From a phage, in sequence record PZ386965.1: 64,000 bases of DNA; one strand, given 5' to 3'. How positions within the stretch are numbered: the stretch's first letter is position 1; the number at the start of each line of letters is the position of its first letter. The notes below the pieces were generated by a model that saw only the letters and a program-made list of their open reading frames with translations, searched no databases and was not told the origin of the DNA. This document shows positions 43,894-53,180 of this stretch, piece after piece. The position numbers were made by a program, and so were the translations under genes.

Positions 43894-44073
43894 TTAACCC
43901 TTCTTAAGTAAGTCGTAAAAACCACCATTCACATGTTTAGGAGCAGAAACCCGACGAGTAGACAGACGATGACATTCAGGGCAAACATCGTTTTCTCGTT
44001 CAGAAATCCTTTTAATTTTTTCATATTCATGGCCACAATCTTCAGATTGACATTTATAGTCGTATAACGGCAT
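43894..44073 (-). CDS. zinc-ribbon small protein (FmdB-like, 59 aa)
   Basis: Hand-translated MPLYDYKCQSEDCGHEYEK...CPECH...; below the 60-aa track threshold. Confidence 0.45.
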   Translation of the reverse strand: MPLYDYKCQSEDCGHEYEKIKRISERENDVCPECHRLSTRRVSAPKHVNGGFYDLLKKG

Positions 44074-44075
44074 TA

Positions 44076-44480
44076 TTATTCCTTAAAATGTGCTTTCAAC
44101 ATTTGATACAAAGACCATGCCTGGTCGTTATTTTCGATAGTAACTTTCATTACTGGGAATTCTGTGAAATCTTCTATCTGTTCTTGCTCTTCAGATGCTT
44201 GATATGGATTTCCAACTTCATCAAAAAACTCTGCTTCACTAGTAGAGAGCCAGATAAAGTTTTCATCAAGGATATCACCGCCTGTTGCGTATCCAACCAT
44301 GCCAGTAGATGTCACAATTTTAGTAGGACGTCCAAGATGGTCAACATCTAATACTTTAAATGGTTCCATGCCAAGACGTCGTGCATAAATCCCATTATCA
44401 GTATGGTCTTTAATAAACTCTTCTTGGGCACGTTTATCTTTAAATTGGTACCATGAGTTAACGCGGAATTTATTAGCCAT
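44076..44480 (-). CDS. hypothetical protein (134 aa)
   Basis: ORF 44076-44498 begins on a TTG; likely true start is ATG at 44480 overlapping upstream stop. Confidence 0.45.
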   Translation of the reverse strand: MANKFRVNSWYQFKDKRAQEEFIKDHTDNGIYARRLGMEPFKVLDVDHLGRPTKIVTSTGMVGYATGGDILDENFIWLSTSEAEFFDEVGNPYQASEEQEQIEDFTEFPVMKVTIENNDQAWSLYQMLKAHFKE

Positions 44481-44707
44481 TAGTAAGTTTCCTTCCAATA
44501 AGTTGTACCGTTTTCAGTGATTTCACGGAAGATACCATAGATAGGCATTTCATCACCGAGTTTTTCGTAAACGTAAACCACTTCAGTGTAGCATAAAAAT
44601 TCAGTCCAGTTTTTCTGTACAACAACTAAATCAGGATTAAACAGAACATCTTCAAACTCATCGATGTTTGAATCAGTAGTTACGTTTTTAATGATTTGAC
44701 GTTTCAT
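44480..44707 (-). CDS. hypothetical protein (75 aa)
   Basis: ORF 44480-44752 trimmed to Met with GAGGAG SD; promoter motif lies in the untrimmed N-terminus. Confidence 0.4.
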   Translation of the reverse strand: MKRQIIKNVTTDSNIDEFEDVLFNPDLVVVQKNWTEFLCYTEVVYVYEKLGDEMPIYGIFREITENGTTYWKETY

Positions 44708-44764
44708 AATATTCTCCTCTTGTTTTGATATGACTATAGTATCATAGGCCATAGTTGTTGTACA

Positions 44765-45289
44765 TCATTTTAGCAAAATAAAATCAACTTGTTCTGCCAA
44801 TGAACGTCTAAACATTAATTGACAACTTCCGAGGATGAAATCAGGTGCTTCATAGACAGCGATGTAGTATCCTTTAGCTTTCAAGAGTTCAACATCCACT
44901 TGGTCATCAAACCATGCATAAACCGCGTCAACACTTTCAAATCCAAAATAGAACCCTTGAGCCCAATCTTCACTCAATTCAAATGTGTACTCAATTCTAT
45001 GGTATCTTAAGATATTTTGTTCAAGGAGTTTGTCTTCATTTACTGTAGGACGATTAGGGACATTATAGTTGTCGCCGTGATGGTAGAAGTTACCTGAGAT
45101 TATTCCATGTTTATCAAGGAACTCCCATGTTTCTTCGGAGTTGTCAGTGCCAGACCAACCGTAAGGTGAGCGAGGTTCTTTATTCCAAGAGGTTTCCCAA
45201 ATTCTGACGGCTTTACCGTCTTCGATAACAATTCCTGGTAATGATTCACGTTGAGTACAAAAACTACGTTCTACGCGATAAACTAACAT
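44765..45289 (-). CDS. hypothetical protein (174 aa)
   Basis: ORF track; promoter motif at 45316-45344. Confidence 0.45.
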   Translation of the reverse strand: MLVYRVERSFCTQRESLPGIVIEDGKAVRIWETSWNKEPRSPYGWSGTDNSEETWEFLDKHGIISGNFYHHGDNYNVPNRPTVNEDKLLEQNILRYHRIEYTFELSEDWAQGFYFGFESVDAVYAWFDDQVDVELLKAKGYYIAVYEAPDFILGSCQLMFRRSLAEQVDFILLK

Positions 45290-45315
45290 ATTATTCTCCT
45301 CTGGTTGATATGGTT

Positions 45316-45344
45316 ATAATATCAAAACCAGAGGAGAAGTAAAC
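45316..45344 (-). promoter_or_regulatory. sigma70-type early promoter
   Basis: Minus strand GTTTAC-17 nt-TATTAT. Confidence 0.4.
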
Positions 45345-45348
45345 AACT

Positions 45349-45768
45349 TTATGCGAAAGCAGCTGGGCTATATTTTTTAATTTGGAATTCAGGAACTACC
45401 ATGAACTGCCCGGCAAAAACAATGTTATAAAGCTTGACACCATCTTCTACCCAACGGTCGCTAATAAATCCAGCGATTTGCTTAGTTTTCCATGGTGTTC
45501 CATCAGTTGCCGCAGCAATAGTGAATTCATGGTCTTTTTCAACAGAAACTGATCTGCATAGTCCCCATTTGAACGCTTTTTCTTCTGGCTCAATGAACTG
45601 GCTTTTAACGTAACCAATGTTGCCATCAGCATCACGAACTTTAACTTCATTGCGACCAAAAACAGGATCACTTACATAAAGAACTTCAACCAACTTACCA
45701 GCAACTTTAGAGCGAGAAGCATCCGATACGTGTACGTAATCACCAATAGAGAGATTTGCAATATTCAT
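45349..45768 (-). CDS. hypothetical protein, paralog family member 1
   Basis: Shares C-terminal GFISDRWVEDGVKLYNIVFAGQF with two upstream ORFs. Confidence 0.5.
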   Translation of the reverse strand: MNIANLSIGDYVHVSDASRSKVAGKLVEVLYVSDPVFGRNEVKVRDADGNIGYVKSQFIEPEEKAFKWGLCRSVSVEKDHEFTIAAATDGTPWKTKQIAGFISDRWVEDGVKLYNIVFAGQFMVVPEFQIKKYSPAAFA

Positions 45769-45777
45769 AATAATTCC

Positions 45778-46233
45778 TTAAGCTTTACGAGGAGATACAT
45801 AGCGAGTGATTTCAGATTCTTTAACAACTCTGAAGTCACCTAAGAATACGATATTGTATAACTTTTCACCATCTTCTACCCATTGGTCACTAATGAAGCC
45901 ACACATGATATCAGTTTTGTTTGGATAACCATATTCGTCGATGAAATCAAATTCTTTATCAGTCCGGAATTCAACGCCTTTGCAAAGGGCCCATTTGAAC
46001 TGTACATTAGGTTCAGTAGAAGCAAAATGAGCGCTCACATGAGTTTCCAAGAATTTAGGACTTACGTAAGCGTACTGAGTTTCAGTTTTTCCAGAACTAG
46101 GAATGATTCGAACTTTAACTTCTTTAACACGACCAGTACCATTAGTACGAAGTCCTACCACTTCAACTAGACGACCTGCAGCTTTAGAACGAGATGCAGA
46201 CGATACACGCTTAATTTCACCAATAGTAATCAT
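45778..46233 (-). CDS. hypothetical protein, paralog family member 2
   Basis: ORF 45778-46296 trimmed to Met downstream of promoter; C-terminal GFISDQWVEDGEKLYNIVFLGDF. Confidence 0.5.
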   Translation of the reverse strand: MITIGEIKRVSSASRSKAAGRLVEVVGLRTNGTGRVKEVKVRIIPSSGKTETQYAYVSPKFLETHVSAHFASTEPNVQFKWALCKGVEFRTDKEFDFIDEYGYPNKTDIMCGFISDQWVEDGEKLYNIVFLGDFRVVKESEITRYVSPRKA

Positions 46234-46263
46234 AATTTCTCTCTCTTTGTTTAAGTTGAATTC

Positions 46264-46293
46264 ATTATACTCCATCCATCCTTGGATGTACAA
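46264..46293 (-). promoter_or_regulatory. sigma70-type early promoter (paralog 2)
   Basis: Minus strand TTGTAC-18 nt-TATAAT; spacer contains CATCCAAGGATGGATG palindrome. Confidence 0.4.
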
Positions 46294-46295
46294 CA

Positions 46296-46790
46296 TTAAT
46301 TTAGAATATTAACTACTGCACTACGTGGAACCACACTAAAATCACCAGCATGAACAACGTTCAGAAGTTCAACACCGTCTTCAATCCACTGATCAGTTAC
46401 CCATCCATTTACTGGACCAGCGAATGGGCGTCGAATTGAAACATATTTACACAACAAATCAGTAGGCTCAATAGGCTTAATCAGAGTACCGTACATACAA
46501 GCGATATCCATATCAATACAGATGTCTTTAACGGGTTCTACTTCTTCAATCAACAGTTCAAAGTCGGTGCTTGGAAGGGCGGTGGTAGAAATTGTACCGT
46601 ATGAATTTTTAATTTCTAAGAATAACCAAGGGCCTTCAGCTTGTTTGATGAAGTTAACAATAGTGAAACTATTACCTTGAGTGGCACCTAAAATTTCACA
46701 AAACTTTTCATAAGCTCGCATTGAAGCACCGTACCAGTTAATTTGTTTTTCGTCTTTCAGGATGTAAGTAGCCGTGGTATTGATATTCAT
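46296..46790 (-). CDS. hypothetical protein, paralog family member 3 (divergent)
   Basis: C-terminal GWVTDQWIEDGVELLNVVHAGDF related to members 1 and 2. Confidence 0.5.
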   Translation of the reverse strand: MNINTTATYILKDEKQINWYGASMRAYEKFCEILGATQGNSFTIVNFIKQAEGPWLFLEIKNSYGTISTTALPSTDFELLIEEVEPVKDICIDMDIACMYGTLIKPIEPTDLLCKYVSIRRPFAGPVNGWVTDQWIEDGVELLNVVHAGDFSVVPRSAVVNILN

Positions 46791-46822
46791 AATGTTTTTT
46801 CCTGTTTGGTTAAGATAGAAAT

Positions 46823-46852
46823 ATTATACTCCAACCATCCTTGGTTGTAAAC
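46823..46852 (-). promoter_or_regulatory. sigma70-type early promoter (paralog 3)
   Basis: Minus strand GTTTAC-18 nt-TATAAT; spacer contains CAACCAAGGATGGTTG palindrome. Confidence 0.4.
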
Positions 46853-46857
46853 TGTTT

Positions 46858-47535
46858 TTATCGCTGTTTTACACTTAACGGGTCAGGATTCTCAGGGACA
46901 TCTTCAAGGCCAAGCGCATAACGCTGAGCATATTTTAACATCAAAATATCTTTAGCACAATCGTGAATACTATCATGGGCAACGAATCCTTTTAGCGTAC
47001 CCATCGGTAATGGACACATACTTAATCCTCGTGTCAACGAGTAAGCTTCGATTGCCGTACGAATATCACGTTGAGCCCAGAATTTAACAGGTTCTAATTT
47101 ATCGGTATCAATATCTGGTTCAAGAACACCTTCATCACGATAGAGGTCACGAATCAAATCGACCAAGATCGGGAAGTCAAAGCTCATACCACGGCACCAC
47201 ATCTGTGATTTCCATTGGTCAACTTTATTAGCTCGACAATAATCTAAAAAGATTTTAATGCCTTCAAGCGTAGTGACATCGTCTTCAGACGGGGCCAGGT
47301 TTTTACGTGCTTCTGCTGATTGTTCTTTCCACCATTTCATAGTGGATTTAGCGAAAACTCGCTTCCCTTTTTGAGAAGCTAAATTAAATTTAATTCGCTT
47401 ACCTCGTTGAACAAGTTCTTCAAATGTTTCAACAACTTCAGGGTCCGAATTATATGCAATAACCGCAAGGTCAATAACAGCCGCTTTTGATGTATTGCCG
47501 AATGTTTCAAAGTCTATAATAACATCAGTGCTCAT
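46858..47535 (-). CDS. dexA: exonuclease A (DnaQ-like 3'-5' exonuclease)
   Basis: 225 aa; MSTDVIIDFETFG... DEDD exonuclease motif I; position upstream of dda. Confidence 0.8.
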   Translation of the reverse strand: MSTDVIIDFETFGNTSKAAVIDLAVIAYNSDPEVVETFEELVQRGKRIKFNLASQKGKRVFAKSTMKWWKEQSAEARKNLAPSEDDVTTLEGIKIFLDYCRANKVDQWKSQMWCRGMSFDFPILVDLIRDLYRDEGVLEPDIDTDKLEPVKFWAQRDIRTAIEAYSLTRGLSMCPLPMGTLKGFVAHDSIHDCAKDILMLKYAQRYALGLEDVPENPDPLSVKQR

Positions 47536-47544
47536 AATTTTCTC

Positions 47545-48858
47545 TCAAATAAAATGGACGTCAAAACGACCACGAGTTGTGCCGACATACAATAACTGTT
47601 TAGCTAATTCTGAATCGGCGTAATGGATACACGGTGTATAAACAAAGGCCGTGTCAACAGACATACCCTGGGCCTTATGGAAGGTTGATACTGGTAGTGC
47701 CTTTACCTTAGTGAACATACGTTTAGCATCCCAGAATTCACTCCATGGAGCTTTACCACCTTTATTCCAGAATTTGTATGTTTCTGCGGTCTTAGCCAAA
47801 AACAAATTGAATTTATAAAGCTCTTCTTCGGAAGAAATAACCTTTATATCTTCGCGGATGTATTCTTCATCATCCCCATATGTTTCTACTGTAAGATTCC
47901 AGTATCGTATCATATATTCGCCTGAAACACCGCGTGCTTTAACGAATGTAGACGTTTCTACAGCGTCTCGAATACGAACGAATTGCCCGTTATTGAAAAG
48001 CATTTCGGTCATATTTTTGCCATCTAGCTTATATGTCTTAGTAAATGGCTCTTGTAGAACAATGACTTCGTCTTTAATAAATGGCTTTTCTGTTTCAAAA
48101 AGTTTTCGGCGAATAATTGAATTCAACTTATCTACTGACTTATTTGTGAATGCCATCATTCGATTTTCGAAAAGGTCTTCAGGAGTTTTAACGACATTAA
48201 AATAATTCATCATATACGATTTAAGGTCTGTATATCCATGAACACCATGCCCATCAACTACTTTATCATAAATCCATTTGCCATTACGAATATCAGTCGC
48301 AACATCAATAATTGGCGCATTGCTACGTTTAACTTCTGTAAGGTCGCATTGCACGAAGTCTTTGTGAGTGAAGAAAGGACTTAGATACGCAGTTGATTCG
48401 CCTGGGTCCACCGGTCGAATCTGACATCGGTCACCAATTCCAATTACTGTACACCATTTAGGGATACTAGCTAACATTATTTTAAACAGAGAACGGTCGC
48501 ACATTGACGCTTCATCAAATAACAGTACACGGCACAAGGCTAAGTCGGGAACCTTTTTCTGTTCAAATAATACGTTTTCTTCGTATGTGGTTGGGTTGAT
48601 TTTAAGAATGCTATGAATGGTTGATGCTTCTTGACCAGCAAGTTTGCTTAGAACCTTTTTAGCAGCATGTGTAGGGGCTGCTAAAATAATACCTGATTCT
48701 CCGGCAGAAATAAGAGCTTCAACAATAAATCTAGTAAGGGTTGTTTTACCTGTACCAGCAGGCCCATTAATAGTTACGTGATGTTTCTTTTCTTTAATAG
48801 CTTTCATAACAACGTTGAAGGCGTTTTTCTGGCCTTCAGTCAAATCATCAAATGTCAT
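47545..48858 (-). CDS. dda: Dda DNA helicase (SF1B)
   Basis: 437 aa; Walker A GPAGTGKTT and SF1 helicase motifs. Confidence 0.9.
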   Translation of the reverse strand: MTFDDLTEGQKNAFNVVMKAIKEKKHHVTINGPAGTGKTTLTRFIVEALISAGESGIILAAPTHAAKKVLSKLAGQEASTIHSILKINPTTYEENVLFEQKKVPDLALCRVLLFDEASMCDRSLFKIMLASIPKWCTVIGIGDRCQIRPVDPGESTAYLSPFFTHKDFVQCDLTEVKRSNAPIIDVATDIRNGKWIYDKVVDGHGVHGYTDLKSYMMNYFNVVKTPEDLFENRMMAFTNKSVDKLNSIIRRKLFETEKPFIKDEVIVLQEPFTKTYKLDGKNMTEMLFNNGQFVRIRDAVETSTFVKARGVSGEYMIRYWNLTVETYGDDEEYIREDIKVISSEEELYKFNLFLAKTAETYKFWNKGGKAPWSEFWDAKRMFTKVKALPVSTFHKAQGMSVDTAFVYTPCIHYADSELAKQLLYVGTTRGRFDVHFI

Positions 48859-49166
48859 CGTAAAGTCCCTGCAATTGGAATACTAACAATACGGCCTGTG
48901 TCCAGGATTCGTTGATATAATCTTTGCGTCTCCGCATCTAGTTTAACGTGTTTCATTTCAAGCTTATTAAACCAGAACTTACGCGGAGTTTCGACCATTC
49001 TTAGAACTCCCATTTTTAAATCTGTTTTATACTGTGTTTTCAAAGTATTGAAAACTTTATCTGCAATATCCTTTCTAAAAAATACTGCAGGACGATGCTC
49101 ATCAAGTGGAACCGGGACAGTAAATCCTTCCATATCTCGATAAACTATTGCATATACATAAACCAT
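48855..49166 (-). CDS. hypothetical protein (dda.1-like)
   Basis: 103 aa; stop-start overlap with dda. Confidence 0.45.
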   Translation of the reverse strand: MVYVYAIVYRDMEGFTVPVPLDEHRPAVFFRKDIADKVFNTLKTQYKTDLKMGVLRMVETPRKFWFNKLEMKHVKLDAETQRLYQRILDTGRIVSIPIAGTLR

Positions 49167-49168
49167 AA

Positions 49169-49915
49169 TTAACCTTTAATCAGTTGGAATAATGATGCGC
49201 TAAGTGGTAAGCCACGTTTCAATTTTAATTTACCAATGAAACCAATCTTTTCAAAACGTTGCAGACCTTGGATAACTTTATCATATGTATCGAAAAGCGA
49301 TTCAGCGTCAGTTAATTTAGTTTTAGTTTTCCAGTCAGAGCCTTTAAGAAGAACGTTGAGTTTAGTAAGTTCATGGCCTTCTGCTTGATGTGAGCCATTA
49401 ATGCGTGCTTTCAAAGCAACAATTCTAAGTTTAGATTCGTTAGATAAAGGTTGATTTTTCATCATGTTAGCCATATGCTTAACACGATTTTCACGTTTTG
49501 CTCGGATTTTTAAAATAGTATCATAAACCTTTTTAATTTGGGCCCATTTCTTCTCGTCGAGATTAAGTTTCTCTACTTTACGGGCAGAAGGATTAGCAAT
49601 ACGTCTTGCAACAGCGTCACGTTTCTCAATAAGCTCTTCTAATGTTAAATCAGAACGAGCCGTGTTATATTTTTTCTTAACTGGGATAACATTACCTTTA
49701 ATGTAGCCTATATCATTATTAAAACGTTCTAAGGATAATTTCTCACCTTCAACAGAGTTATTAAAAGATTCACCTGAGTAAGCGCAGACCTTTTGATCAA
49801 GAATGTTTTTAAGGTAATTAAAGTCTAAGTTAAAATCCTTAGAGCGTCTCTTCGCAGAAGCTCTGGTGTGGTCAAGACGACGATTGATTTTGTTAATTTT
49901 ATTATTTGATAACAT
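49169..49915 (-). CDS. srd: Srd-like protein (by size and position)
   Basis: 248 aa basic protein between dda.1 and modA. Confidence 0.4.
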   Translation of the reverse strand: MLSNNKINKINRRLDHTRASAKRRSKDFNLDFNYLKNILDQKVCAYSGESFNNSVEGEKLSLERFNNDIGYIKGNVIPVKKKYNTARSDLTLEELIEKRDAVARRIANPSARKVEKLNLDEKKWAQIKKVYDTILKIRAKRENRVKHMANMMKNQPLSNESKLRIVALKARINGSHQAEGHELTKLNVLLKGSDWKTKTKLTDAESLFDTYDKVIQGLQRFEKIGFIGKLKLKRGLPLSASLFQLIKG

Positions 49916-50066
49916 AATATTTTCCTCGGTCTTACGGACGTTTGGTCATTTAGCTGATGAGTCTATAGTATCATGTTCTCAGGATATGTACACTCTTTTT
50001 CGTAAAATGCTTTAAATTTTTGTGTGTTATAATGGTTCTGAGTTCCATCCGGTTATTCCAATCCAG

Positions 50067-50675
50067 TCAGTAACCGACAATAGACAGATTCCAGATTGTA
50101 TAACGTCCATCTTGAATAATAGAATCTACACGCAGTGTAGTCCCTATAGGGAGCATAAATTCACATTCGTCAGATATAAGTCTAGCATTAGACCGTCTTG
50201 TCGCTTCAGGGAAAGCTCCATTGAACTCACAAGATGGCGCAGCCAGAATCATGTTAAGCATATGTTCACGGAAGTTGAAAGCAAATGGTGCATCTTTGAT
50301 GCAGAACATATTAAATGTTCCATAAAAATTATATGAAGCGAAGTTACGTGCTACACCGAACACTGGGCTGAAGCTCATTACTCTGTCAAATTTAATAATA
50401 CTACCAATGCCTTTATCATCGAGTGTGGCCATAGTTTTCTTAGAGATTCCACGATACATTGTCTCAGGAACAGAAGACGTCCAATTTCTACGAACGATTG
50501 AACTTAACTCCTGTTGAATACAGTCTGGCTTGTTTTCCATACACTGCCACAGTACACTTTGTTCAATGTCGCTGAATTGACTATCAATTTCGTACTGCAA
50601 TTCATCTTGATATTCAGGGCATTGAGCACGGCGAACCATTTCCTCAATTTCACATTCATTATACGGCATAAACAT
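50067..50675 (-). CDS. modA: ADP-ribosyltransferase ModA-like
   Basis: 202 aa; paralogous to next ORF; YRGIS...S...E pattern of R-S-E type ARTs. Confidence 0.65.
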   Translation of the reverse strand: MFMPYNECEIEEMVRRAQCPEYQDELQYEIDSQFSDIEQSVLWQCMENKPDCIQQELSSIVRRNWTSSVPETMYRGISKKTMATLDDKGIGSIIKFDRVMSFSPVFGVARNFASYNFYGTFNMFCIKDAPFAFNFREHMLNMILAAPSCEFNGAFPEATRRSNARLISDECEFMLPIGTTLRVDSIIQDGRYTIWNLSIVGY

Positions 50676-50732
50676 TTAGGTTTCTCCTGTGGTTGATAAA
50701 GGTATAGTATCATCGTCGGTAGAGTTTGTACA

Positions 50733-51314
50733 CTAAAAATTCAACATTTTTAAATGAATGATTTTGTATAGTCGAGATAAAGGGTCATATTCTAAGTCTT
50801 CAATTTCCACAATCTCAAATCTAGAGATACCTGAGACCATGTATTCTTGTTCAGATTCAATCATATCTAGGACGTCAACACGCGTTTCTTCCATAACATG
50901 CTTAGGATTCTTTCCGGCAAGTACAATGTTAACCATGTTTTGGTAGTAATCAAAAATGAATGGAGCATTCCTGAGACTAAGAATAGTGTACGTCTGATAT
51001 TCCCATCTCCCAGAGAATTGACGAGCCGTACTGAAATCAGTTGTGAACGATGTTACTCGTCCAGGAGACCAATGGCATCCAACAGAAAGAAGGGAAAGAC
51101 GTTCTACTTCTTCTGGAGTTACACCACGGTAGAGTTCTACTGGTACTGTAGAAGTCATATGCTTACGAACAAGACGGTCTAATTCATAGTGGAAATCTGG
51201 GTCTTCCTTAGAATCGGTGCAAGCCCAGAGAATGTTTTGTTCTTGGCGGGTGAATTTGCTATCAATCAGATTTGTTAGGTATTCGCGTTCTTGAAGTTCA
51301 GATTGACATGTCAT
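50733..51314 (-). CDS. modB: ADP-ribosyltransferase ModB-like
   Basis: 193 aa; paralog of preceding ORF (LYRGVTPEE..., NILWAC vs SVLWQC). Confidence 0.6.
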   Translation of the reverse strand: MTCQSELQEREYLTNLIDSKFTRQEQNILWACTDSKEDPDFHYELDRLVRKHMTSTVPVELYRGVTPEEVERLSLLSVGCHWSPGRVTSFTTDFSTARQFSGRWEYQTYTILSLRNAPFIFDYYQNMVNIVLAGKNPKHVMEETRVDVLDMIESEQEYMVSGISRFEIVEIEDLEYDPLSRLYKIIHLKMLNF

Positions 51315-51530
51315 GATAGACCTCCATTTAAAGATAAGCCTATCATAACACGAGAGGAGGGAATGTAAACTACTTTTTAAGCTTTCCTACTAAAGGTCCA
51401 TCAGGACCAGGTTGTTCTAACATGAATAACGATGCTTTAAAAAGCAATGTCAACCCTTTCACCATTCGATACCATATCTCAAAGTCTTTTTCCTTGATTT
51501 CTAGTAAGAATTTCTCTTTAAATTTCTCTT

Positions 51531-51719
51531 TCATTTCCAAGGACTCCATGGTGGAGGGTCGTCATAATAAGAGGCAAGGTCTTTCAGGGCTTCGACAGGT
51601 AAACTAAAGCCGTGTCGTTGTATAATACTATCTAGTTCATCAACAAGTTCACTACGATGCACTTTAGGAGCCTCAACTTCAGGCTCGTCAAACATACTCA
51701 TAAGGTCCATATTATTCAC
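51531..51719 (-). CDS. hypothetical protein (62 aa)
   Basis: ORF track. Confidence 0.4.
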   Translation of the reverse strand: MNNMDLMSMFDEPEVEAPKVHRSELVDELDSIIQRHGFSLPVEALKDLASYYDDPPPWSPWK

Positions 51720-52179
51720 CGAGATAAAAACTAGCAGGTTCAGAGAATGTTTCTAGCGCTACACCTTTTGTCTTAAAAAAATTCCAAATAGCTCGTTGCA
51801 AATGGACTAAATCTGCTAATGATGTAATAAAGTATTTTTTGGCAAAATACTTATGGTCTCGCTTTTCAAACAGGTCTAAACGCTTTTCTGGATTCACATA
51901 AACGGCATTTTCCGTAGATTCATAACCTAAGTCCTTTATGCCTTCTTCAAGACTAAACGGAGAATTTTTAGAACGAGTAATAGCTCCAACTCGCTCTACA
52001 CGAATTTTGTAACCTTTAGGAATCTGCAATATATTGCAGAATTCTTCTACAATATATTGCGGATTATTTAGACTTTTGTTAATGAGAATAGCTATTTCTA
52101 GTGGAGTCTTATCTTCCACTGGTATATGTTTAAATGACTTGGCTTCAAGCAAATACATTTTAAATAGCATAGCATCCAT
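51712..52179 (-). CDS. hypothetical protein (155 aa)
   Basis: ORF track. Confidence 0.45.
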   Translation of the reverse strand: MDAMLFKMYLLEAKSFKHIPVEDKTPLEIAILINKSLNNPQYIVEEFCNILQIPKGYKIRVERVGAITRSKNSPFSLEEGIKDLGYESTENAVYVNPEKRLDLFEKRDHKYFAKKYFITSLADLVHLQRAIWNFFKTKGVALETFSEPASFYLGE

Positions 52180-52385
52180 TATAATTTCCTCGATGGTTCA
52201 CCCATATAAAGTTTTACAATACGTTCGCCTTCATCTTCGACGAGCTTTTCTTCATGTTTCTGGAATTCTTTAGCCATATTCTCTTCAAGAACATCCAGCC
52301 AATCTTCTGGACCGACACCATCGTCCCAGCTTTTAAACCATTTAACTATCTTGTTCATTCGCAGCTCCCTGAGCTTGAACCACAA
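52179..52385 (-). CDS. hypothetical protein (68 aa)
   Basis: ORF track. Confidence 0.4.
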   Translation of the reverse strand: MWFKLRELRMNKIVKWFKSWDDGVGPEDWLDVLEENMAKEFQKHEEKLVEDEGERIVKLYMGEPSRKL

Positions 52386-52555
52386 TCAGAATAACTTGAC
52401 CCGGAATCACCAGACCAAGATGATACGTATGAATGATTATAATCTGAAGAGCCTGAAGCATTAACCTGTTTTGTTTTTTGACGAACAACTTCTTCCATCA
52501 TTCCATCACCAATGTATTCCCAACTTTTTTCGTGTGTATCAGGAATAGGCAACAT
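52355..52555 (-). CDS. small protein with Ser/Gly/Cys-rich C-terminal tail
   Basis: ORF 52355-52678 trimmed to Met clear of upstream gene; tail ...SGSSDYNHSYVSSWSGDSGSSYSDCGSSSGSCE. Confidence 0.35.
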   Translation of the reverse strand: MLPIPDTHEKSWEYIGDGMMEEVVRQKTKQVNASGSSDYNHSYVSSWSGDSGSSYSDCGSSSGSCE

Positions 52556-52568
52556 ACCTTCGCCTGGT

Positions 52569-52865
52569 TTAACAGCAAATAACTTCTTCAGTATCGTAAG
52601 CATTAATTGTTCCTCGAACAAAACGAACGCCACCGTCGTCCCAGCGGATTTCGGCATTAAATTTGACGTCTTCACCATCCATCATGAATGAGTGTATGAC
52701 TACATCATCGTAATATCCAAGACCGTATTTCAACGAAACTTCTTGAGCAATCAAAGCACCTAATGTGTTATTAGGTTTAATCCAACGATTTAACATATTG
52801 TTCTCCTCTTGAGTAAGTAAGAATATCTTAACACAGTTTTTAGTGGTTGTAAACTGTATAAACAA
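52569..52865 (-). CDS. hypothetical protein (98 aa)
   Basis: ORF track. Confidence 0.4.
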   Translation of the reverse strand: MFIQFTTTKNCVKIFLLTQEENNMLNRWIKPNNTLGALIAQEVSLKYGLGYYDDVVIHSFMMDGEDVKFNAEIRWDDGGVRFVRGTINAYDTEEVICC

Positions 52866-52890
52866 AAAAAAGGAATCCCGAAGGATTCCT
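52861..52890 (-). terminator. UUCG-tetraloop hairpin terminator after soc
   Basis: AGGAAUCC-UUCG-GGAUUCCU then UUUUUUUU on minus strand. Confidence 0.6.
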
Positions 52891-52898
52891 TAAATTAT

Positions 52899-53135
52899 TT
52901 AACCACTTACTGGTGTAGGGGTAAACATTGCAGCGTTCTTAGTTTTCCAAGTTGCTGCATCAGAAACGACATCAGAATAAGCTGCCTTTTCTGACGGAAA
53001 GATTTGGTAATGAGAATCTGCAATCCGATGTTCGTTTGAATAAATCTCAAACGGAACAGAAACTTCCATACCTTTAACTTCTTTACCTTCACCAGCAGGA
53101 TGCGTAAAGGTTTTGATGTTTACATAACCACCCAT
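52899..53135 (-). CDS. soc: small outer capsid protein Soc
   Basis: 78 aa; ...YVNIKTF...YQIFPSEKAAYS... matches Soc; TATAAATA late promoter upstream. Confidence 0.75.
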   Translation of the reverse strand: MGGYVNIKTFTHPAGEGKEVKGMEVSVPFEIYSNEHRIADSHYQIFPSEKAAYSDVVSDAATWKTKNAAMFTPTPVSG

Positions 53136-53166
53136 AATTAACTCCTTTGTTGTTTAATTACAGGTG

Positions 53167-53174
53167 TATTTATA
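53167..53174 (-). promoter_or_regulatory. late promoter TATAAATA (soc)
   Basis: Plus-strand TATTTATA, i.e. TATAAATA on minus strand, about 32 nt upstream of soc. Confidence 0.5.
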
Positions 53175-53180
53175 ACTTAA

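Noticed and set aside
49169-49915. Possible HNH homing endonuclease (motif ...LSLERFNNDIGYIKGNVIPV...N...)
   Set aside because: The first catalytic His and the Cys-rich zinc knuckle of HNH domains are not evident; the Srd-like assignment by position is preferred, though a degenerate HNH relic cannot be excluded without a profile search.
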